Assembly (NCBI GenBank): GCA_012295275.1 | Contig: CM022671.1 | Span: 27,776,001 to 27,840,000, forward strand | Origin: Chrysomallon squamiferum | Lineage: Eukaryota > Animalia > Mollusca | Length of the DNA: 64,000 nucleotides | Direction: 5' to 3' | In this document: positions 54,601 through 64,000 of the stretch, in pieces | How the letters are laid out: the number at the start of each line of letters is the position of its first letter | How positions within the stretch are numbered: the stretch's first letter is position 1 | Translations under genes and position numbers: made by a program | The notes under the pieces: generated by a model | Seen by the model: the letters and a program-made list of their open reading frames with translations, nothing else | The model's database searches: none | What the model was told of the DNA's origin: nothing

Positions 54601-55925
54601 TAAGAAAAACATTTTGACTCAAAATCTTAACATAAAAACATTTATTTTTGTTAATGATACCAGGGTCACTCTGTTTTAACAGTAAAGAACTGATAGTTAC
54701 AAACAGTTTTTCTGGTTTTTGTTAATATTGTTAAATATACATTTTTAGTCTAAATGCAGTAATCTTTCTAGTCAGGCTGCATTATAGAAACTTATTAGTC
54801 TACTGTACGATTTTATTTTGGAAATGAAATTTAGTACTGTACTGTATTCAGTATATTTGGATAAATAAAAAAGGTATAAATGAAGTGCCTAAATTACAGT
54901 CGTGGATAATTGTTATTAAATTACTGTACTTGTTAAATTTTACTGAAGTTTTCAATGAGTTATGGAAAATAAATAATGTTTTCATAAATTATTATTTTGT
55001 TTGAACTTTTACTTGATGATAATTCATATACATATACAATATAATAAACAGTAAACAGTTATTAATGCATATTGTTGTAAGTAACATAAGAACAGAATAA
55101 AACAGAAAACAAAGTTTTGTATTTTATGCTGTGCCTTAGGCTATAGTACTGTCAGTGGTTTTTACTTCACATATTCTGGTTAATTATCATGTTTTAAAAC
55201 CAGATTTTTAAATATTGTGGTCGCGTTAATGTCCTCCCTTTAAATATACCAGTCCTTTCTAAAGTAATGGCGGTTTCCTCTCTCTGTGTTGTATAAAAAT
55301 GAGTTATTAAACAAATGTTCATTTACTTCTTACCAACGTGTAAAGTTTTTAAAACCAAAAGCGACAGTGTTGAGCCTTAAAGTTTTGGTTTTGGTCTGAA
55401 TATGTCAGGGCAAACTAGAATGACTAATGTTAATTAGCAATAGCTGAAATTCGTACCAGCATATAATTAGTTTTTTTTGTTTATTTCTTTACACATCAAA
55501 GTGTTTCTGTTTTCTTGTTTTTACTTTTTAATCTCTCTTCTGCTGGTTATTTTCCTTCTTCAAAGAGAGCACTGTTTACAAACGACAATTCTGTTCCTCT
55601 CATTAACTTACTAACCTGGATAAACAAAGATTTCAGTTTAGTCAGGCGAACAGCTGTTTACTGGTGACAGTAATTGCCGATTTTATTTCTCAAGGAGGCA
55701 CTCCCTTTGAGATGTAAACCATATCCAACCAAGCAATCAAGTTTTTGTCAAGATTCCTAGCACCAAGTGATTGATCCTTGCTCAGCTGCCGAACAGAACA
55801 TTAATGGGTGTATCTACCCCGTGCAGACCAAAAAGAAATGTTGAAGAAAGAGCACAGTTTAGTTTATTGTGGATTGCACGTTAATTAGTCTTCTAAAGAT
55901 AACTTCCTTTTCTACAATGTTAACC

Positions 55926-55928
<3 letters not shown>

Positions 55929-55992
<64 letters not shown>
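55929..55992. repeat. (CT)n microsatellite
   Basis: Seen directly. Confidence 0.97.
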
Positions 55993-55995
<3 letters not shown>

Positions 55996-57792
55996 GACAG
56001 TGTTTTCAAACAATTGTTATTTAGTTATTTCTTGTGTAATGGTAATTATGTTCTTAGATAATGTTCTACGCAATTACCATGTTCACTTAGTTCACATCCG
56101 TGATCAAGCGAGAATGATCGATAGTTAGATCACCTCGACAAGACATCGTGAATCTCCGGTATTCTTTACCAGGCACCTTACGTCACACATCGGGCGGTTG
56201 CATCTCCTTTGATCTAAGGATTCCGAAAATTATTAACGTAATTTCCACGGTACTTGTTTACATGGCTTTACGCAAAAGGAACGATTTTTTTTTTTTTTTT
56301 TTTTTCATTCTTTTTTATTCCCCTCGTCTTTCCTCTTCTTTTTACGATTACAGTCGTTACTAATTAACTCTTTGAAAATTAATTGCTTTCATTCATATAA
56401 TCTTGACAATAACGAAATGAGAATTAATTTTGTTTTGTTTTGTTTTATTTATTTTTTTAGTTTAGTTTAATTTAATTTTAATTTTTATTTAATATGATTT
56501 ATTTATTTATTGTTGTGTGAAGTTCCAAGCAACAACAAAAACAATAACAATAATAATAAAAATAAATTTTAAACATTTCATTTTTAAAGAAATTCCCAAT
56601 TTTTACATAATTAAAAATAATTATATGATGACGAAAAACGGACAAAATACAAAAGCAAATAATAATAATTTAGATAAGATAACTGCCATTAGAACTTAAA
56701 AAAACATAATAATAAATTACAACTAAAAAACAAAAAAACAAAAAAAAACCTGTCATTATCACTTGACAAGCAATAATCAATATGTAATTCTTATTTCTGT
56801 ATTATAAGATAATTACCATCTACCAATGTTCTTGGACCTATAAAATACAAATAAATATTTATAATTAATTAAATCGAATGATAAAATAACAACAACAACA
56901 ACAACATTTATTATTATTATTAATGGTGTTTATATTTTCTCTTTTTTTCTTCTTCTTTTTTTATTATTATTATGTTTTAAGCTTTTCTATAAAAGAAGAA
57001 GAAAAATAGTAGATGAAAAAGAAGATGAAACAGTAAAGCTGACATTGTTTTTCTCTTTGCAGTCGTGTATTAATTTTCCATCATTCTGACAGTCGTCTGC
57101 TACGACAAGACAAACCCTGACTGCACTCTTTTTACCCTCCTACATGTCTGTCATGTGATCATATCGCATCCGTCTGCTGCGACTTTTGGCGTCGGTAATA
57201 CTGTCGGCACAGAAGTAAACATCAAGATTTCTTTGTAATTGGAAAGCAAACAACAAAACAAAACAGTGTTTTTTAGGCGGACTTTCATTTGACTCATTTT
57301 CACGAGGAGAAGATCTTTGTAGATTGATCGATTTCGTGGGCGCAAAAGACACAAAAAAAAAAAAAAAAAAAAACTAAGTGTATGTGTTTTAGAACATTTT
57401 TTATACCAGCGTTTACCAGTCGAGATGTAAATGCAATTGTTCTTTTTGTTTTGTTATCAATTTTATGAAAAGTGAACACGAAACCGCAATATTAAAAAAA
57501 AAAAAAAACAACAAAAAAAAAAAAAAAAAAATATATATATATCTGAATTAAATTTAAGGGTTTTATTTAAAATTTAGAAATAAATGTTTTGTTTTAGCTT
57601 TATAAAGAAATGTATAATTGTGAAATTTCAAAACTGTTTGCAAATATTTAAAAAAAAAAAAAAAAAAAAAAAATTATTTAGATTTGTTCTCTTTAAAACT
57701 TCTAATGCCTTAACTTTATTAGAACATAATGGCGGGAACATAGAAGAACAATAACTTTAATTTTCGATGATTGCTTATCGATTAATAAATAT

Positions 57793-57797
<5 letters not shown>

Positions 57798-57876
<79 letters not shown>
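57798..57876. repeat. (GA)n microsatellite
   Basis: Seen directly. Confidence 0.97.
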
Positions 57877-57879
<3 letters not shown>

Positions 57880-58856
57880 TACAATTTCTTCCTTTTAGAC
57901 TTATCGACTGTCCTCAGTATAATGATGAAATATTTTTTAGCAGAAGTATTAATTTCGAATAACTTACCTCATGAACAAATGTCGCAAAATAGAATCGTTA
58001 TGACAGAGACATTTGAAAATTGAACTTATCCATTTCGAGGTGAAACATTTTTTTAATTATTATTTTAAACTTTCCGGGGCGACTTTTTTACCGCAAACTA
58101 TACATGTGCATGTTACTAGGATCTTTTTATTCCTGCTGTGCTCTTATTAGTATTATAAAGGATTTGATGTGCTTTTCACGGTATCTTCATTAGTCAAACT
58201 TTTGAACTGAAATCTGGATGAGGATGTTGCACGGGAATTTAAACAAATGTCTTCCCATATAAAGTATTAATGCATAAATATTTCTTGCATTATTATGTTT
58301 ATTTTGTTATATTTTTGGAAATAAAACGGACGATGCCAAAACAAAATGTATAACAAATCTAAGACGTTGTAATAAATACAAATATGCGTGTATATGTTTA
58401 TTTACTTTATTTTATTTCTATTTTAATTTTATTTTTTTATTTATTTATTATTATTATTATTTTTAATATTTATCGTATTCATTTAATTATTATGTTGTCG
58501 TTGTTGCTGAAGTGGCGGGGAGCGTTTTCCTACCAACATCAAATGATACCGATGTTGCTGGACGGTGGTAGCACCTGCAGTAAATGGCGTCGGTGATGAT
58601 TCTGTTTCTCTTCTTACATTACATTAATCTTGCAGCTACCATTATTTTCCCCAGCCTTGACATTACAATGATCTATATATTATTCACTACTATACACCAG
58701 CTTTCTTGGCTGTTTGTGTCATGGCAGTGAACTTCAAAGAGATTCAGCATGTCGCCTCTGGCTGCGGGAGACGCACGTGATGATGGGTTGTATAAAACAG
58801 ACGAGTACTACGGAAAATATTGCACATTTGTCCCTGTCAGTCCTGAGACATAACAA

Positions 58857-58977
58857 TAATGGAATTATAAGATGGGTGAGGTCCTTGTTATTTTGTCGAC
58901 ACCTTGTTATTTAATGGAATTATAAGTCGTTGGGTGAGTTGACATTTTATTTTGTTATTTGTACCTTGTTTTATTTC
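58857..58977. repeat. Two-copy ~55-bp imperfect tandem duplication (TAATGGAATTATAAG...TGGGTGAG...TTATTTTGT...ACCTTGTT)
   Basis: Unit seen at about 58857 and about 58912. Confidence 0.75.
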
Positions 58978-59388
58978 AGATGTTGCTTTTTTTTTTATTA
59001 ATATTAATAATAATAAGTTATTAGTTTATAATTCATAATTTCATTAAATTAACTTTAAAAAAATAATATTTAAAAATGAATATATTTATTTTGTTCTTGA
59101 ATATGTTTATTATTGTTTTTGTTCTTCTTCTTCTTTATTATTATTACCAGTAATAATGAACAAACGTTTTTTCCCCATTTCAGCACTTTGTTATAACATA
59201 ATTATATATATATCAAATTATATATATTTTATAATTCCATGGTGGGCCCTGGCACTTTTGAAGGGGACCACAAACAGAAATATGTGAGATGGGGTTTTCT
59301 GACTTTTTGTGTTGTCTCCTTGTTTGACAGCAAGTCCTGGAACTTGAAAAAGGCCCTGCCCAAATAAATGTTGACAATCGTTGTTTTA

Positions 59389-59424
<36 letters not shown>
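59389..59424. repeat. (TAA)n microsatellite
   Basis: Seen directly. Confidence 0.9.
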
Positions 59425-59473
59425 TTATCCACATTTCTTGATTCGTTTAGTGTTTGTTTATATTTGCAGTGTC

Positions 59474-60961
59474 ATGCCTCTACGTACGGGGCCGTGTTTT
59501 ATCCTTGGGATTTTAGAATTTTTGGTTGTTCTGGCGCTGTGGAATATCTCCAATAAACCTGAATATGGAACAAGGTCATTTTCGTACTCTACGTTAAAAT
59601 ATACAACAGACAATGGAAATAAATCGAATTATCACTATAACAATGGATCCACAGAAATAACAAACACTAAAAAGATGTTTGATTCTAACACCTTCGCAGC
59701 AGAGAGCAATAAATCTGATATGTGCTTGTTTCAGAAAACAATTCATAATTACTGTAAAATCCTTTCTTCTAAAGGAAATAAAAATAGCGTTGTGTATCTA
59801 AAAGTTTACAGTATCATGAATTCAGTTTTAATGAATCAAGACTGCTCGCTGTCCACGCTGATGCGAAACTGTACCAATCTTCGATCTGCACACGGTTACG
59901 ACGATAAACCTGTAACTAAAGAAGAACTGGATTTTCCTCTTGCCTTTGGAATCAGACTGCACAAGTCGGCGGAACAGGTCGAGCAGTTACTTCGCACTAT
60001 TTATCGTCCACACAATGTGTACTGTATACATGTTGACAGGAAAGCAGACAGCAACGTTTATAATACAATAAAGAATATATCGCAATGCTTTAAGAACATT
60101 ATTGTCTTAGAAGACAGAGAAACAATTGTGTATTCAAGCTCTGGCGTTATTAAAGCAGATATGAAATGCATGTTAGCGTGTTTGAAATCCGGCGTCAAGT
60201 GGAAGTATTATTTAAATCTTTCAGGACAGGAATTCCCACTCAGAACTAATTTAGAAATAGTTTCAATTTTAAAAATATTTCAAGGTGTGAATGACATAGA
60301 AGCTTACGATTATCCAAAACACCAAGAGGAAAGGTTTAAAAAGATTTACGTTCCGGTTGAAAACCGTTTAGTCAAGACCAACATAAATAAACCCCCGTTT
60401 GGATATGATATACAAATGAGCAAAGGAAGTGCTTATGGGATGTTTTCAAGACATTTTGTGGAATTCGTTCTGTTTGACGATGTTGCCGGTAAATTACTGA
60501 AGTGGCTTGAAGACACATGCTCGCCGGAAGAAAACATTTGGGCAACTCTGAACTCGTTACCGTGGGCACCTGGCGGTTATTACATTGAAACGAGACATTC
60601 TTTAAACACACACGCATCAAGAGCTCTGATTTGGAAATGGGATCAGGTCAAATGTTTCGGTCGCTTTGTGAGAAGTGTTTGTGTTTTCACTTTTAGAGAT
60701 TTGCCGTGGTTAGTGTCTCAGCCACATGTCATAGCAAACAAATTTGACATCGACCTTGACCGAGTGGCGCTCGACTGTCTGGAATCTTTGCTTTTAAACA
60801 GAATCCACCATCCTTTGCTTCAGACATTTGACAGAAGCTATTTTAGAAATCTACCTCAGGTTAAGTTTTACAGGGATATAAATGAAACAATGACATCTTC
60901 TTGGTTCCTGAAGCAAACCAAGAAAGAATGGTTAGACGCACATCCATGGAAACAGTTGTGA
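59474..60961 (+). CDS. GCNT: Core-2/I-branching beta-1,6-N-acetylglucosaminyltransferase (GT14, GCNT-like), 495 aa, single coding exon
   Basis: N-terminal transmembrane anchor (FILGILEFLVVLALW). Family motifs EELDFPLAF, EQLLRTIYRPHNVYCIHVDRK, WKYYLNLSGQEFPLRTNLEIV, KGSAYGMFSRHFVEF, SPEENIWATL, FVRSVCVF and ANKFD...ALDCLE. An acceptor TTTGCAG at 59469 lies just before the ATG at 59474. The paralog cannot be determined. Confidence 0.93.
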   Translation: MPLRTGPCFILGILEFLVVLALWNISNKPEYGTRSFSYSTLKYTTDNGNKSNYHYNNGSTEITNTKKMFDSNTFAAESNKSDMCLFQKTIHNYCKILSSKGNKNSVVYLKVYSIMNSVLMNQDCSLSTLMRNCTNLRSAHGYDDKPVTKEELDFPLAFGIRLHKSAEQVEQLLRTIYRPHNVYCIHVDRKADSNVYNTIKNISQCFKNIIVLEDRETIVYSSSGVIKADMKCMLACLKSGVKWKYYLNLSGQEFPLRTNLEIVSILKIFQGVNDIEAYDYPKHQEERFKKIYVPVENRLVKTNINKPPFGYDIQMSKGSAYGMFSRHFVEFVLFDDVAGKLLKWLEDTCSPEENIWATLNSLPWAPGGYYIETRHSLNTHASRALIWKWDQVKCFGRFVRSVCVFTFRDLPWLVSQPHVIANKFDIDLDRVALDCLESLLLNRIHHPLLQTFDRSYFRNLPQVKFYRDINETMTSSWFLKQTKKEWLDAHPWKQL

Positions 60962-61050
60962 ATAAGAAATAGTAATTATGTAGCGATTTATGATCATAAT
61001 AAAAACATTCGGTGCAAGAACAAAATAAATTACAAAAGTGTTTTTACATA

Positions 61051-61083
<33 letters not shown>

Positions 61084-63772
61084 GGACAAGAGTAGTATTA
61101 TTATATTGTATCATTACTTCATTATAAAGTTTTGTTTTTATTTTGAAATGTGTCACTTATAATATGATCCAGATAAATTAACCGCACACAGAAACGCAAG
61201 CATTACTGCAAATTTAAACTGAAATATTTTTCATCACAGCCAATTTTATTAAACAGCGAAGCAAACATAAATAAAAACGAAGGCGGAAAAACGATTGTAC
61301 CAGAGGGCTCTTGTGTGATACATCTAATTATTTCAGCTGAAGTTAAATTTTGCCAAATAAAAACACTACACAAAGTCTGTTTAAATATATTTTTACTGCA
61401 ATGCATAAAAGTCACTTACGTTTCTCAAGAAACGACTAATTAGCAATAACTTTTAAAACATAAATATTCCACTGAAACAACATATAAATAAATACATAAA
61501 TAATAAAAAATGCTTCAAGCCTGAATAATTCATCAAAAAGCAAAATTAATCATAAAAATAAAAATAAAAAATAAAATTAAAATTGAATTATTCTTGCAAA
61601 TTCGTAATATCCTTGGCATGTCAAGCACTTTCTTTACTTTTCTATACATGAAATGATGTCATTACAAACAGAAAAAGGCAGCATCTTAGCATCCCCAAAG
61701 CTTCTTTATTCTACAAATATATATATATATCTTTCTATATGTTTTTCTGCTGTTAACCTGTGGTATTAAGAACTAATGATCAGGCACAAACAAAACAGTA
61801 GAATCATATAAAATATATTTAAGCCTTTTTGTGCGTACTACCAATTTTACTATTGATTCATCTGAAATTATTTATCACTTTGTAGCTTTTCCCAATGAAT
61901 TTTTCATAATTGCATTTCTTTGTAAACAGGCAATTTCATTGAAATAACCATGGAATGTAAAAACATTGTGGACATTGATAAAACTATATTGGCCAGGTAC
62001 AAACACATATTTTACTGTTTTCAAAATCAGTTGTTTATATTATACATGTATAGTATACTGTATTAAATATACAGAGTTAATATATTATTATTGTTAAAAT
62101 GTATTACACATTTGTGTCCATAATGTAATAATCAATAAAAGATGCTCAACTCTGTGATAATTCAAATTATATTATTTGTGGAATGACTTAAACGTTTTTA
62201 AAATTCTACATAAGTTGTACATTACACTTTGGTCTTGAAATATCACAAAAATACAGACCCATTGTGCATTTAGAGGAATAAAATACTACTACAAGAATAA
62301 AAATCTTAAAATATAAACTATAAAATATTTTAAATTTTAATTTGGGATCAAAGCTCACTTTGGTTGTCTATTGCCAATAAACTACACTGCAATATAAATT
62401 AAACAAATTCAATATATGAATGTAAGACACAGCAATTAATAAAGGCACATAATAATGTGTCAGGAGGTACCTTTAATAAAAAAAAAATAAGTCACATATA
62501 TTTTATATATTTTCAAGTGTTTTTTGTTTGTTTTTGTTTGTGACCAATAATCATGGAGGAAAATGAAATAATAATCTTGTTCAGATGAAGGCTGGCAGAT
62601 ATTTGTCAAACTTCGAAACAGTGCAGGCTGAGTAACTCAGCTTATGATGCAATATCTTGAGCCTAGTGAGGATATTTATAGATTTGTATGAAGATTATCA
62701 TCTACCCAGTATCTTCATGAGTTCATTATTTTATTGTCATACTCCATTATTACCAAACAAGAAAAATAATGTGGAATATTCTAAAAAGGATTCAGTCTGT
62801 TTTGTATATAGGTACACTCTATTTTGTGTAGCTTTAAAAATAAAGCATGCCTTAGTCTAAAAATACGTAACAGCAAAAGACTTTTTTTTCAAAGGAAAAC
62901 AGTCTGTCTCTACACTGAAACTGTATTTCAGTTTATGAATAAACTCTGCTTACATATATTACTTGGTTTTACTTAAGATTTACAAAGAAGAATATAATCA
63001 TAAGAACACATAGCTAACAAATACAAAAATACAAATAAAAGAAAACTGCTGATCTTAAAAGGAAGATAAAAATCAGCTATTTCTAATAATTAATAAGTGG
63101 AAAAAGATTAAACCCAGTTAACTATGAAAAGCTACAGGAATATGTTTAAATATATTATTTAAATATTAAAATATGAACAGTTACTGCCTGTTTTACACAA
63201 ACATTCACACACATAAAAGTAAATAAACTAAATATGAGACAGACAGTTAATAATTTTGTTTGCTTCAACAAAATCTGCACCAATAAAATCTAAAAGAAAG
63301 TTTGTTTCTCAGTTAATAATTTATATGCATCAAGCATCTAAATTTGTAAGTTTCATTAGAAAACTTTCTGGTAACTCTGGTATGTCACATAAATTTTTTC
63401 TTTTGCATTAAGTATAGCTGAAAACTGATAAACTAGTATGTGAGTACAGTACACTTGCAGATGAATGTTTAAAACCCACCAGTCTCCTAAAAGTCATGTT
63501 ATGATTATAAATGGTAACATGTCCTCAAACCCAGTAGTAGTTGATCTGATAGTGAATATTGTCAGTTATTAGTTCTTGTTTTGGGGATTTTTTTTTTTTG
63601 GTTAAATTCAGTTGTCATTAGCATATGAGATATTTTGAAATTTATCTCAACTGACAGTCATACTCACAGTAGGATCTGTCTATTCTGAATCTTTAAACAG
63701 AATATATTTCACTCTGTACAGTAGGATTTGGTGTATGTCTAATATTTGAACATAATACATTAAACATGTATT

Positions 63773-63930
63773 TCATCCAGTACAATATGATTTGTGTATT
63801 TCTAACTCTTTAGTGTTGGTGTACATTTTATCACAGAAAGCACAAGCTAGGGTTGGAGCTGCCTGGTTGAAGTTATCTCCGTCAGTCCAGGCATAATTTC
63901 TGGGTTTACCAACAGGGGGCTTACTGGAAC
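63773..63930 (-). CDS. Terminal exon of a gene continuing beyond the window, ending in a C2HC zinc finger
   Basis: Acceptor TTCAG at 63931, then (G)SSKPPVGKPRNYAWTDGDNFNQAAPTLACAFCDKMYTNTKELEIHKSYCTG* with C-x2-C-x12-H-x3-C spacing. TGA at 63775-63773. Confidence 0.75.
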
Positions 63931-64000
63931 CTGAACCATAAAAACAAAATTCAGTTAAAAACTAAATCTTTTAAAATATAAACAGTTTAAACATTCAAAT

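Noticed and set aside
59438-59473. Longer N-terminus for GCNT given in the ORF track
   Set aside because: It uses a non-ATG start inside a polypyrimidine/acceptor region; the ATG at 59474 is preferred.
61951-61961. TGGAATGTAAA match to the 5' end of miR-1
   Set aside because: The match stops after 11 nt and there is no hairpin.

Overview
AT-rich, intron-rich animal genomic DNA with many microsatellites; probably a lophotrochozoan such as a gastropod (inference). Most entries in the supplied ORF track are spurious, so I rebuilt genes by hand from splice sites with reading phase checked at every junction. Gene order: the 3' end of an uncharacterised + strand gene (1-2065), then about 15 kb of mostly non-coding sequence. 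Next are PHF12 (-, 15 exons) and RABGEF1/Rabex-5 (+, 6 coding exons), head-to-head on a shared NRF1/ETS-type promoter. Then come a small secreted 4-Cys peptide gene missing from the ORF track (-) and a head-to-head pair of Pro/Tyr/Trp-rich orphan genes sharing a 488-bp promoter. These are followed by a 21-exon RRM + F-box + LRR gene (+, also not identifiable from the ORF track), a GCNT-family glycosyltransferase with one coding exon (+), and the last exon of a - strand gene ending in a C2HC zinc finger. I found no rRNA, tRNA, CRISPR array or intact transposon. All family assignments come from recalled motifs, not database searches.
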